Assembly: GCA_965219575.1 (NCBI GenBank)
Contig: OZ244779.1
Location: 1,676,769-1,740,768, forward strand
DNA length: 64,000 nt
Reading direction: 5' to 3'
Source of the DNA: Candidatus Oxydemutatoraceae bacterium
GTDB lineage: Bacteria > Pseudomonadota > Gammaproteobacteria > Poriferisulfidales > Oxydemutatoraceae
The notes beneath the pieces are model-generated. The model worked only from the letters and a program-made list of their open reading frames with translations, did no database searches and was not told the origin of the DNA. The first letter of the stretch is position 1. Each line of letters starts with the position of its first letter. The position numbers and the translations under genes were made by a program. This document shows, piece by piece, positions 1-9,999 of the stretch.

Positions 1-3000
1 ACGACGAGTATATCCTCCAATAAGCCGTAGCGGAGTTGCGGCGATATCAGGCTTCCGCAGATCGGCAACCCGTCGCTGCCGTCGGCGTTGCAACTTTGCG
101 GTCCGTCGCTACTCGGATTAGCTCTATATTTGAGTGTCGGGTATTGCCTATCGGTGCCGAAATCCCAATCGTCGGGGTTCCAGTCGGTATATCGGAGAGG
201 ACTCGTTGCACTCGGTGCGGTCGGCGATTGCATCTCTTCGGTGGTGAGACCGCTGCCCGCAGCACTGGTAGCTCGACCGCTGGTTTGCGTATCCCAATAG
301 CTGTTGCGAGCGGTACCCGACCCACTTCCTATTAACCCCCCTATCGCCGACCCGATAGCGGATACATTACCGATTGCATAGCTATCGCTTATCGTGTTCG
401 CACCCGACGACAAACCGGCAAAACCGCCCACATCGGATGCATCGCCGGCAGCAATCGCACCCGTCGCATAGCTGTTTCTAATGACGGCATTGTCCGATTT
501 TTCACCGACAAAACCGCCTACATGCTCATTCGTAGTGACATCCGTAACACGAACACGGCCGGTCGCATAGCTATTTATGATTTCCCCGCTGCTGAATAAA
601 CCGATAAAACCACCGGAAAGACCCTCTGCCGAAACGCTGCCGGTCGCATAACTGTTGATGACCAAATTGGGGGTCGTTCCTTCGGCAATACCGACCAAGC
701 CTCCGACGCTAGTGTTTCCGGTGACATCGACGGCAGCGTAGCTGTTGATAATCCAACCCGAGGCTAGATGTGCGCCGACCAAACCGCCGACATGATCGGT
801 TCCGGCAACTTCGCCGATCGCATAACTACCGATGACGGTGCCTCGGTTTGCACCGACCAGAGCACCGATATTCGTACCCTCTATATTGATATTGACATCG
901 GTCAAACCGAGATTGCGGACAATACCGGTGATACTACCGAACAAACCTTGATTAATATTACTTCTATTGATCTGCAAATTGGATATCACGAAGCCGTTGC
1001 CGTCGAGGCTACCGCTGAAATTGTCTATCGGCTGCCAACCTTGATCGAGCGTGTCGTTAAAATCGTCCACCGTCCACGCGGCTTTATTTACCAAGTCTTT
1101 ATAGCTTTCGTTGTCTAGAAAATCCAGACTTCGGGTCAATAGATAACGCGCATTCGGGTTGTTGCGTATTCTATACAAATCCTCCAGCGAGTCTATTTCT
1201 ATGACGAGGTCTACGGGTCCGGGATCACTCACGGCATAGGATCGCGGCGGCGATATCAAAGTCCCGCAATCGGGGGCACCGGCGACATCGCAAACATTGC
1301 CGAACGGACCTGCGGTATATTTAAGTCTCGGATACTCGCTTTCGGTGCCGAAATCCCAGATCTCGTCGCTCCAGTTCTCGTAAAGACCGACGGCAGCAGT
1401 CGGCATTTGTAGTTGCATCGTTGTCCTGCCCCTAGCGTCTCCGGCACTCGCCCCGCTATCCGAGTAGCTGTCGTTAAAAATTAACGGAGGGAAACCGCTC
1501 GCCCTGGAAGATATTTGAGCACCAAGCAGATTTGTGACACCCGGCGATGAACCGGTTGCATAACTATTCTCTATCACGCCACCGTTAACCAGACCGAGTA
1601 GCTTGCCTCTGGCACCAATTCTACAGCTTTCGGTGGACGATGCTAAAGTGACATCGGCATAGCTGTTTTTAATCGTGCTCGACGGGCCGAATTGATTGCC
1701 GATCAAACCGCCGACATGACAATATCCTGCAACGGTCGTCGCTTGCACAAAACTATTGTAGATCTCTGCATAAAAATTTCTGCCGACCAAACCACCGATG
1801 TGGTGGGTAGCGTTTGCCACCGCCGGGTTGACTCGTATCTCGGAATCTACTACGAAACTGTTGCCGATGTAGGCGATGTCGTTGGAACCAAGACCATTTC
1901 TGCCGACCAAACCGCCGATATAATTATGATTACCTCCTCCTCTAGTATTACCGACCCCTTCTACGATACTTGCTATTACGCCGCTGTTCAATACCAAACC
2001 TCTGTTGTGACCGACCAACGCAGCGACCTGTACGGCAGCGGAATTGGAAGCTCTAACATCGGCATCGTTGAGGATCAGATTTTTAACCGTTCCCCGCACC
2101 CCGATCGTTCCGAACAGACCGACCGCAACCGTATCGGCATCACCCACTTTGATTTGTAAGTTGGATATCGCAAAACCGTTGCCGTCGAAGGTGCCGGTGA
2201 AATTGTTTATCGGTTGCCAGCCGTCGTCGCCGGCAGCACCGAAATCGTCCACCGTCCAATCGCTGTTGACCCGCCTCGTGCGATAGCTTGAGGCATCCTC
2301 AAAATCCAGATTTCTGGTTAATCTGTAGGTGCCGGTCGGGTTGTTGCGTAGCGCATCCAGGTCTTCCAGAGTGTTGATCTCTATCGGTGTTCGCGGCACA
2401 CGGTAGCTCAAACGGAAGTTATATCGGCGTTTGCGTGCCGAAGGATCCGACGGGGTGAGCTCGACGACGATGTGGTTTTCACCGTCCTCCAAAATAATTT
2501 CCTCGCTCAACTCGCCGGCACCGAACTCGGAAACCAGTGCCGTGTTATCCTCGCCACGCAAGGCGCGGAACCGCGCACCGGCATCCTGCGACCCGACAAT
2601 CAATCGGATCGTGTTGTCGGCACCGACACCGACGACATGCGTTCGGTAATCACTCAACCTGCCGTTAAAGTTTAGGCGCGGTGAAAATCTACCGGGGGAT
2701 ACGCTTAATTCGTTCAGATCATAGCTCGGTTTCGGTGCTATCAGACTGCCGCAGACCGGCAAGCCGTCGCCACCGGCATCGCTACAAGTGCGCCGACCGC
2801 TGCTATCGGGGTTTCGGGCATATTTGAGACGCGGATATTGACGGTTGGTGCCGAAATCCCAGTTGTCGGTACTCCAGCCGGTATAGCGGGTAGGGCTCGC
2901 TGCATCCGGTGCAGTCGGCGATTGCATCTGTTGTGTGTCAAGACCGCTACCTCTTTCGCTATTGCTTAGACCGCTGGTTTCTGTATTCCAATAGCTGTTT

Positions 3001-6000
3001 TGAACGCGACCATCGGTGCCGGCAAACCTGTTTCCCAAGAAACCGCCTATATTCGGTCCGCTTGCCGATACACTGCCTATGGAGTAACTATCGGCAATTA
3101 ATCCGTTTGTTTCGTTTTGCCATAGATTGCCGATGAAACCACCCACTTGGTTTATGCCGGTAACCGAACCGCTTGCATAGCTATTCCTAATGACGGTATT
3201 GTTTAATTTTTCACCTACAAAACCTCCGATAGCCCTAGTACCGTCGGTAGTGCTCATCACATTACCGGTTGCATAGCTATTTCTGATTTCACCCCTTCTT
3301 TGCACACCGACGAAACCACCGGAAAAACCGACTGCCGAAACGCTGCCGGTCGCATAACTGTTGATAATCAAATTGGGAGTATCGTCGGCAAGACCGACCA
3401 AACCCCCGACTGCCGTGTTTCCGGTGACATCGACGCCGGCGTAGCTGTTGATAATCCAGCCCGAACGAAGATGCGCACCGACCAAACCGCCGATGTTATT
3501 GCGTCCGTTGATCTCGCCGGTTGCATAACTGCCGATGATGGTACCTCGGTTTGCACCTGCCAGCGCACCGCTATAATTATTGCTACCGACATCTATTCTG
3601 ACATCGGTCAAACCGAGGTTGCGCACCGTGCCGGTGATACTACCGAACAGACTTTGATCGTTGTCATTTCTATTGATTTGCAAATTGGATATTACGAAGC
3701 CGTTGCCGTCGAAGGTGCCGGAGAATCGGTTAGCATCGGTGCCTATGGGTTGCCAGCCGAAGTTGGTTTGACCGTCAAAGTTCTCCGGCCTCGTCCACCA
3801 TAAAGGTCTGTTTGTTGCCGCATCTTCATAACTGGCATTATTGCCGAAGTCCAGATCTCTGAGCAGGCAATAGCTACCGTCTCGGCGGTTGCGTATTTTG
3901 TTAAGGTCTTCCAAAGTGTTGATCGGCGTGAAATTACTCAACTCCGAACACTCTCTCGTTTCAACGACATCGGCGACGACGACACGGTTGAGAATGATCG
4001 ACTGGCGCACCGTTTGACTACTCTTGACTTCTATTACGAGGTGGCGCATCGGTTCGCCGGCAGTCAGAGTCAATGCCCTGCTAGGTTCGCCGCTGGCTAG
4101 ACCGGATTGCAATAGGCTCCCGTTTGCATCGTAGATATCAATGACGGCATTGTCCTCGAAGGCGGTGGCAATCAGGCGAATCTCGGAAACCGACGCAGAT
4201 ACCCGGATGTTGCCCGAATAACTGCCACCGGTGAACGGCGGCGATAGGGTGCCGTTGACTGCCGTTAAAAACCGCAAGCCGCGACGCAATTCGGGCGCGA
4301 TCAGCGTGCCACATTCGGGGGTGTCCGGCGTGCCGCACGCCGGTTGACCGGCGAGGTCGGGGTTCGGTGCATGTTTGAGGACCGGGTATTGAGCATCGCT
4401 ACCGAAATCCCAATCGTCGGGCTCCCAACCGAAATATACCCCGTCGGTGTTACTATACTGTGCAATGCCGGTCCGTAGCTCTGCCGTTGTTTTGCCGTTG
4501 CCGCCGGCCGAGGTTGACACACCGCCGGCGATTGTATCCCAGTAACTCGCGTCGACGGTAGAAGAAACTGCGAGCCGACCGATTAATCCCCCGAGTGGAA
4601 AAGTGCTGGGAAGACTAGGTCTCACCACCCTAACCGTTGCATAACTGTTGCGTACGCTACTGTCCTGTCGCTGAAAACCGACCAACCCACCGACAGAGGC
4701 ACCGATGTTAGCAGGATTATTGAGGGAACCTTGCGCATAACTATTGACGACTTGGCTCGTATTCTCCAAACTCCCTACCAATGTTCCTGCATGATTATCA
4801 CTATTGTTTGTGGTGACATCGGCAACCGCATAACTATTGATAATCCTAGAGGCTTGTACATGACCGACCAACCCGGCAACATGAAGCATGCCGCTGGTAA
4901 TTCTACCGATGGCATAGCTGTTGATAATCAGACCGTTCTGCGACATTCGCCCGACCAAAATAGCGGAAGCACTGAGTCCCCTAGAGACATTCGAGGAACG
5001 GACTATATCCATGAACGCACCGCTGTTGATAATCTCTCCGCCTAAGTTCTCGGCAACCAAACCGCCTATTAGATTACTTGCCGTGCCGGCGGCGGTTATT
5101 TCACCCTGCACATAGCAATTAACGACCGCGCCGCTATTGATTACCGCTAGACCGGAGAGTCTTTGACTAATCGACGGCGATCCCGCTATCTCTAGACCTG
5201 CTATGCGGAGGTTGCGTATCACACCCGAATTGGCGGAGAATAAACCTTTGTCACCGGTTGCCGCACTATTCATTCGTAAATTGTAGAGCGTGTTGCGGTT
5301 GCCTTCGAAAGTGCCGGTGAACGGGGTGCTACGATCTCCTATCGCTCTCCAGCTGTCGTTGTCTTCAAAATCCAAGTCTCTCATCAGTTCGTAGCCGAAG
5401 CAACCGCTGTCGGGACACCCGCCGCTTAGCTCGTTTGCCGTCGCGCGCGCTCTATAACCGCTACCGGATAGCTCGTAGCGGATTGCGTTCAACGCCTCCA
5501 AATCGTAAATCTCTATCAGACCGTCGCGGTCTTTATCTACGATTGCAGTCGGTGTCTGCGCTGTTAGAGTGTTATCGTAGCCTTGCCGGTCTATATAGTA
5601 TATTTGCAGGCGGTAGCGAGCAGTGTCTACTTCGTGCGTGCCGACATCGAATGTCGCATCGGTTGCTCCGTCTATGCCGATCCAGCTATCGGCTTCACCG
5701 GTTTCGCTGAATTGCCATTGATATAGCCGACCTTGTTCGGCAATCGAGCCGACACCGTCGGCATCCGCGGCGATGACTTCCTCAAAACCCGGCGAGTGCA
5801 ATAACGAAGTGCCGTTCACGAAGGCTAAGGGAGCCAAAACCGGACTGCCGTTATCCATTTTGGCAACGACGAGCTGCTCGGAGCCAATATCGCGGTTGCC
5901 GAAGCGACCGTCGCTTATCTCCACACGCAGTGTTGCAATACGCCCGGTTTCGGTTATTGATGCCACGAAATCGCCGGCTATTGTTAGATCGAAGTCGGGT

Positions 6001-9000
6001 TGGTTTATGGTGATGCCGGTGTCTAGACCGTCCATCAACAGCGGCATCTGCGGTGCGGTTTGTCTCCACATGTAAGTTAAGGGAACGATCTCATCGGTGT
6101 TGCTCGCTACATTGAAGCGCACCGTTTGACCTTCTCTCACCTGCCTGTTGCTCGGATCTACCGTCACGCTCGCAGCGAAGCTACGGAGGATTTTCATACT
6201 ATAATTTCGGGCAACGATTAGCTCGGTCGACGCAGGTGTCGCATCGAGGCTGATCGATAGATCGTTATCGCTACCGGTGACCGTAATTGGGTTGGCTTCG
6301 TCGCCGACTTTTAAGACCGTGAATGTAGCATCGTTATCGCTTGCGGCAACATCCAAGCTAATCGCAGTCGGGTTGTCGCCTACCACCACATAGTAGTTGT
6401 TAATCTCGGGGGTGAACTCGGGAACCAATGTGAAGCCACCGTTGACCGCTAGGGTGACTATGCGAGCGACTTGTTGCCTTAGGGCGGTGCCGTCGACATC
6501 GCGCAGTATCGGGTATTCGGTGGTGGAACCGAAATTCCAGTCGTTGCGACTCCACAAATAAAAAGCATCGGATACCTGCTCGCCGGGCGCAACCGCTGCC
6601 TTGAGATCGGCAATGCCGCGACCACCGTCGCTCGTCGTGATACCGGCCTCGATGGTATCCCAATAGCTACGCACTACGCGACCCGAATTGATACCGACCA
6701 AGCCACCGACATCATCGCCGCTGCCGACCACCCGCCCGGCAGCATAAGCGGTGCGAACTTCGCCGCTGTTCTCGCCGATCAAACCGCCGACGCGATCGGC
6801 ACCGACGACCGAACTCAACGCATAGCACAGCTCCACCGTGCTGCCGAATTTCCTGCCGACCAAACCGCCGACTCTATCGGCACCGGAAACCTGCGGATTG
6901 ACCGCATAGCTACTGCGTATCATTCCATTGTCGGCTCTACCGACCAAACCACCGACATTGTTCACATCGTTGTCTATGCCGGGGTCGTCGCTGTTGTCTC
7001 CTACGACCGAACCCGTCGCATAGCTGAACATAATACCGCCGCCGAACGAATAACCGACTAAACCGCCGACACCGATGCCGGTGCCTCGTATATCGCCGCT
7101 CGCATAGCTGTTTTCAATTCGGTTGTTCTCGGCGGTGCCGACCAAACCACCGACATTCGAAACACCTACTACAACGACAGTCGCATAACTGTTGTTGATC
7201 GTGCCTTCGTTATTCATCCCGATTAAGCCACCGACATCGGTGTTACCGACGACCATGCCGCTCGTGAAACTACCGACGACGACGCTCCCGGTTTCGTCTA
7301 CAGTACCGATCAAACCGCCGACATTGTCGCTACCGTCAATGCCGATTTCGGTTGCCGAACAGTCGGCTAGGCGCTTGCCCGCATAAAAACCGACCAAACC
7401 GCCGACATGCGTATTGCCGGAAACCTCGATGTCGTTTGTCGTGCTGTCGGTAATCGTGTTGTCGCTATAGCCGACCAAACCGCCGACATGCGTATTGCCG
7501 GAAACCTCCATATCGTTTGTCGTGCTGTCGGTAATCGTATTGTCGCTGTAGCCGACCAAACCGCCGATGTAGTTGACCCCGCCAACCGCACCGCTTGCCG
7601 AATTATCGGTCAAGCGGAAGGTCTGCAGACTATCGGCTGCGATAACTTCTTCGGACGACGGACAACGACGGCTGCCGGTGATGCTCAAACACGCATAGCC
7701 GATCAAACCGCCGGCATAATCGCCGGCTACCAACACATCGGCACTCACATTGTTGCCGACGATAGAACCGATGGTGTAGCCGACCAACCCCCCGACATAA
7801 CCGTTGCCGTGTATGTTGCCTCTGATATCGTTGCCACCGAGGATGCGCCCGGAATTGAAACCGACCAAACCGCCGACCCGCTCACCACCCAGCACATCGG
7901 TCGATGCAAAATTATCCGATACGATGCCGAAGTTGTCGCCGATCAAACCACCGACGGTATTGCCGTCGCGTATCACCGTCGCAATCTGCTCCGCCGCCTC
8001 GCAGTTGCTCGTCGCGCGGTTATCGCGACAACGGCTTTCAAAAATACCGCCGGCAACTTGTTCCAGCAGTATATTGTTGTTGACCACGGTGCCTCTGTTG
8101 ACGGCAACCAACCCTCCGACGGTTCCGACACTGCCGATTACACGACCACGCACGACATTAACATTACTCACGATGCCTTCGTTGACGGCAACCAAAGCAC
8201 CGACCTGCGACCGGCCGGTGATATTCGAACGTAACAATGTTAACGCATTGATTTGTGCTGTCGGCGCAGTGTGTGCGAAAAACCCGACACCGTCTACCGG
8301 ACGGTTGATATAGAGGTTCGAAATCGTGAAACCTCTCGCCTCGAAGTAGCCGGAAAACGGACTCGCTCTCGTGCCGATCGGCTGCCAACCCAAACCTTCG
8401 TTCCACTCCCGATTGATGCGACCGGCAAGATAGCTTCCGGCATCGCCGAAGTTTAAGTTCCTCGTTAACTCGTAGCCCCTGCAGACACCGTCGTTGCCTT
8501 CGGCGTCTTCGGCACAACCTCGGTTGAACAACGGCGCAGTGGGGCTTGCCCTATAGCCACTTCCGTCCGGAACATATCGGATCGCATTCAAGTCCTCTAA
8601 ATCGCAAATTTCTATCAAGCCATCGTCGTCCACATCGATATCGACGGCATAGCCACAGTTGCGATCTACGATAACGACCGAGATCGCAGCCGTCTCGCCG
8701 AAGCTGTAATTTGCTCCGTCTCTCGGCTCGGCGATGCTTAAATCTAAACGGCTGGAGACCGTCCTGTCGCCGGGGTCGGTATTTCTGGTGGGGATGCTCA
8801 GCGCAAGTCGGGTGCTACCGGCGGGAACGACGACCGTCCTCATACCCTCGAGTTCGTCGGGGACGAGATCGTTGTTGCCCTCTTCTTCTACCCTCAGAGT
8901 AACCGAAATGTTTCTATTAGTCACCGCATCGAGCGTTATCGCATAGTTTATGGTGTCGCCTTTGTAGACCGCAGACGGCGCACTAAGAGATACGGATTGC

Positions 9001-9080
9001 GCAAATACTTCACCAGCCAGTAGTACGAACGATACAACGATAATCCAAAAATAGCTACTTGGCGGTTTCATATAAAGCAT
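1..9080 (-). CDS. Giant GLUG-repeat / cadherin-like surface protein, paralog B (3' partial; runs off the left window edge, >3,026 aa)
   Basis: ATG at 9080-9078 gives MLYMKPPSSYFWIIVVSFVLLAGEVFAQSV..., near-identical to the start of 11273-57553. Bases 50..3 read LISPQLRYGLLEDILV in the same frame. The ORF track lists no terminated minus-strand ORF in this frame. Five W-x4-W[DN]FG-x3-[QE]YP module ends occur at ~6530, 4405, 2855, 1350 and 160. Confidence 0.92.
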   Translation of the reverse strand, partial: MLYMKPPSSYFWIIVVSFVLLAGEVFAQSVSLSAPSAVYKGDTINYAITLDAVTNRNISVTLRVEEEGNNDLVPDELEGMRTVVVPAGSTRLALSIPTRNTDPGDRTVSSRLDLSIAEPRDGANYSFGETAAISVVIVDRNCGYAVDIDVDDDGLIEICDLEDLNAIRYVPDGSGYRASPTAPLFNRGCAEDAEGNDGVCRGYELTRNLNFGDAGSYLAGRINREWNEGLGWQPIGTRASPFSGYFEARGFTISNLYINRPVDGVGFFAHTAPTAQINALTLLRSNITGRSQVGALVAVNEGIVSNVNVVRGRVIGSVGTVGGLVAVNRGTVVNNNILLEQVAGGIFESRCRDNRATSNCEAAEQIATVIRDGNTVGGLIGDNFGIVSDNFASTDVLGGERVGGLVGFNSGRILGGNDIRGNIHGNGYVGGLVGYTIGSIVGNNVSADVLVAGDYAGGLIGYACLSITGSRRCPSSEEVIAADSLQTFRLTDNSASGAVGGVNYIGGLVGYSDNTITDSTTNDMEVSGNTHVGGLVGYSDNTITDSTTNDIEVSGNTHVGGLVGFYAGKRLADCSATEIGIDGSDNVGGLIGTVDETGSVVVGSFTSGMVVGNTDVGGLIGMNNEGTINNSYATVVVVGVSNVGGLVGTAENNRIENSYASGDIRGTGIGVGGLVGYSFGGGIMFSYATGSVVGDNSDDPGIDNDVNNVGGLVGRADNGMIRSSYAVNPQVSGADRVGGLVGRKFGSTVELCYALSSVVGADRVGGLIGENSGEVRTAYAAGRVVGSGDDVGGLVGINSGRVVRSYWDTIEAGITTSDGGRGIADLKAAVAPGEQVSDAFYLWSRNDWNFGSTTEYPILRDVDGTALRQQVARIVTLAVNGGFTLVPEFTPEINNYYVVVGDNPTAISLDVAASDNDATFTVLKVGDEANPITVTGSDNDLSISLDATPASTELIVARNYSMKILRSFAASVTVDPSNRQVREGQTVRFNVASNTDEIVPLTYMWRQTAPQMPLLMDGLDTGITINQPDFDLTIAGDFVASITETGRIATLRVEISDGRFGNRDIGSEQLVVAKMDNGSPVLAPLAFVNGTSLLHSPGFEEVIAADADGVGSIAEQGRLYQWQFSETGEADSWIGIDGATDATFDVGTHEVDTARYRLQIYYIDRQGYDNTLTAQTPTAIVDKDRDGLIEIYDLEALNAIRYELSGSGYRARATANELSGGCPDSGCFGYELMRDLDFEDNDSWRAIGDRSTPFTGTFEGNRNTLYNLRMNSAATGDKGLFSANSGVIRNLRIAGLEIAGSPSISQRLSGLAVINSGAVVNCYVQGEITAAGTASNLIGGLVAENLGGEIINSGAFMDIVRSSNVSRGLSASAILVGRMSQNGLIINSYAIGRITSGMLHVAGLVGHVQASRIINSYAVADVTTNNSDNHAGTLVGSLENTSQVVNSYAQGSLNNPANIGASVGGLVGFQRQDSSVRNSYATVRVVRPSLPSTFPLGGLIGRLAVSSTVDASYWDTIAGGVSTSAGGNGKTTAELRTGIAQYSNTDGVYFGWEPDDWDFGSDAQYPVLKHAPNPDLAGQPACGTPDTPECGTLIAPELRRGLRFLTAVNGTLSPPFTGGSYSGNIRVSASVSEIRLIATAFEDNAVIDIYDANGSLLQSGLASGEPSRALTLTAGEPMRHLVIEVKSSQTVRQSIILNRVVVADVVETRECSELSNFTPINTLEDLNKIRNRRDGSYCLLRDLDFGNNASYEDAATNRPLWWTRPENFDGQTNFGWQPIGTDANRFSGTFDGNGFVISNLQINRNDNDQSLFGSITGTVRNLGLTDVRIDVGSNNYSGALAGANRGTIIGSYATGEINGRNNIGGLVGAHLRSGWIINSYAGVDVTGNTAVGGLVGLADDTPNLIINSYATGSVSAVGFSGGFVGVQRRGEIRNSYATGNVMSTTDGTRAIGGFVGEKLNNTVIRNSYASGSVTGINQVGGFIGNLWQNETNGLIADSYSIGSVSASGPNIGGFLGNRFAGTDGRVQNSYWNTETSGLSNSERGSGLDTQQMQSPTAPDAASPTRYTGWSTDNWDFGTNRQYPRLKYARNPDSSGRRTCSDAGGDGLPVCGSLIAPKPSYDLNELSVSPGRFSPRLNFNGRLSDYRTHVVGVGADNTIRLIVGSQDAGARFRALRGEDNTALVSEFGAGELSEEIILEDGENHIVVELTPSDPSARKRRYNFRLSYRVPRTPIEINTLEDLDALRNNPTGTYRLTRNLDFEDASSYRTRRVNSDWTVDDFGAAGDDGWQPINNFTGTFDGNGFAISNLQIKVGDADTVAVGLFGTIGVRGTVKNLILNDADVRASNSAAVQVAALVGHNRGLVLNSGVIASIVEGVGNTRGGGNHNYIGGLVGRNGLGSNDIAYIGNSFVVDSEIRVNPAVANATHHIGGLVGRNFYAEIYNSFVQATTVAGYCHVGGLIGNQFGPSSTIKNSYADVTLASSTESCRIGARGKLLGLVNGGVIENSYATGSSPGVTNLLGAQISSRASGFPPLIFNDSYSDSGASAGDARGRTTMQLQMPTAAVGLYENWSDEIWDFGTESEYPRLKYTAGPFGNVCDVAGAPDCGTLISPPRSYAVSDPGPVDLVIEIDSLEDLYRIRNNPNARYLLTRSLDFLDNESYKDLVNKAAWTVDDFNDTLDQGWQPIDNFSGSLDGNGFVISNLQINRSNINQGLFGSITGIVRNLGLTDVNINIEGTNIGALVGANRGTVIGSYAIGEVAGTDHVGGLVGAHLASGWIINSYAAVDVTGNTSVGGLVGIAEGTTPNLVINSYATGSVSAEGLSGGFIGLFSSGEIINSYATGRVRVTDVTTNEHVGGFVGEKSDNAVIRNSYATGAIAAGDASDVGGFAGLSSGANTISDSYAIGNVSAIGSAIGGLIGSGSGTARNSYWDTQTSGRATSAAGSGLTTEEMQSPTAPSATSPLRYTDWNPDDWDFGTDRQYPTLKYRANPSSDGPQSCNADGSDGLPICGSLISPQLRYGLLEDILV
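7390..7567 (-). repeat. 81-bp (27-aa) tandem duplication of one GLUG unit in paralog B
   Basis: ccgaccaaaccgccgacatgcgtattgccggaaacctc occurs at 7390 and 7471; the homologous site in paralog A (~55944-56040) has a single copy. Confidence 0.9.
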
Positions 9081-9105
9081 GTCATAGGCGAAAACTGATA
9101 GTAAA

Positions 9106-9114
9106 ATTATAACA
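9106..9114 (-). promoter_or_regulatory. Extended -10 promoter element (TGTTATAAT) for paralog B
   Basis: Perfect TGnTATAAT about 25 nt upstream of the ATG; the same 9-mer sits at the equivalent position upstream of paralog A. Confidence 0.65.
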
Positions 9115-9187
9115 TTTTCTAACCCGTAATAGGCGATTCTTGTGCTGACATTGTTGCACATTAACACTGTAGCTATGCAGACACGCA

Positions 9188-9396
9188 GGGCTGTTGAAAA
9201 AGTATCGCTCGGCACGATTTATACATTCATCCACCCGATTTATGGAAACCAAACCCAAACGGCGCAAGCGGTTGAGCTTGTGCAGAATGGTATCGTTTTG
9301 GGCAGACACACAGGTCTGCCCCTACGACTTTGTGGTTATCATACATGTGGCGCAAAGCGGTTGAATTCGTGCAGAGCGATACTTTTTCAACAGCCC
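9188..9396. mobile_element. ~209-bp MITE-like element with 30-bp terminal inverted repeats and an internal GTAG-type REP hairpin
   Basis: Left end gggctgttgaaaaagtatcgctcggcacga (9188-9217) and right end tcgtgcagagcgatactttttcaacagccc (9367-9396) are 29/30 complementary. Internal gggcagacacacaggtctgcccctac (~9300-9325) is the reverse complement of GTAGGGGCAGAC-N-GTCTGCCC. No transposase is encoded. Confidence 0.75.
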
Positions 9397-9444
9397 CCCC
9401 TTAGCGACCACCCCGTCAGGTGCAATAGCCCCATGTTCTTGGCA

Positions 9445-9999
9445 TTAGTTCACCAAAAGCACGGCCACACTGAGAATAGAACATACCGAAACAAAAATGC
9501 CGATAGCGAGCCCAACACCCCATTTATAAATGTCATCTCTCAATTTAGATTGATCTCTTGCAATGGTTGCAATGTCCCTTTTCATTTCTACAATATCAGC
9601 TTTTATATTCAAGATGTCGGTTTTCATAGCCGCCATATCAACTTCAACATTGTTTAGTCTCAGTTCTATACTTTTTATATCGGCTTTGATATTTACAATC
9701 TCGGATTCAACATTGCTTAGTCTCAGTTCTATACCTTTTATATCGGCTTTGATATTTATAATCTCAGAATCAACATTGTTTAGTCTCAGTTCTATACTCT
9801 TTATATCGGCTTTCATATCTGCGATGTCGGTTTCAATATTGTTTAATCTCGGTTCTGTACTTTCCGTGTATAAACCTGCTTTGTCCGACTGTGGGGCATG
9901 TGTTTCCGATTCTAGAGAGTCTAGCTTTGACTTCATTTCGAGCACCATTTCATAAATAGTTTCAATCGTCAATTTATCTACATTTTCTATATTTTCCAT
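9445..9999 (-). CDS. Coiled-coil repeat protein with C-terminal transmembrane anchor (DUF1640/CCDC90/Bdr-like), 184 aa
   Basis: GAGG ribosome-binding site and a TATAAT upstream. 21-aa heptad repeats RLNNxExxIxxxKADIKxIEL. Ends ...DIYKWGVGLAIGIFVSVCSILSVAVLLVN (hydrophobic tail after KW). AT-rich compared with the flanking genes. Confidence 0.75.
   Translation of the reverse strand: MENIENVDKLTIETIYEMVLEMKSKLDSLESETHAPQSDKAGLYTESTEPRLNNIETDIADMKADIKSIELRLNNVDSEIINIKADIKGIELRLSNVESEIVNIKADIKSIELRLNNVEVDMAAMKTDILNIKADIVEMKRDIATIARDQSKLRDDIYKWGVGLAIGIFVSVCSILSVAVLLVN
9610..9849 (-). repeat. 63-bp (21-aa) tandem repeat, about 3.8 copies
   Basis: RLNNIETDIADMKADIKSIEL / RLNNVDSEIINIKADIKGIEL / RLSNVESEIVNIKADIKSIEL / RLNNVEVDMAAMKTDI. 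Confidence 0.9.

Noticed and set aside
1-9080. Paralog B as a pseudogene because it is missing from the ORF track
   Set aside because: The frame at the start matches the frame at the window edge and the indels checked are multiples of three; it is omitted only because its stop lies outside the window.
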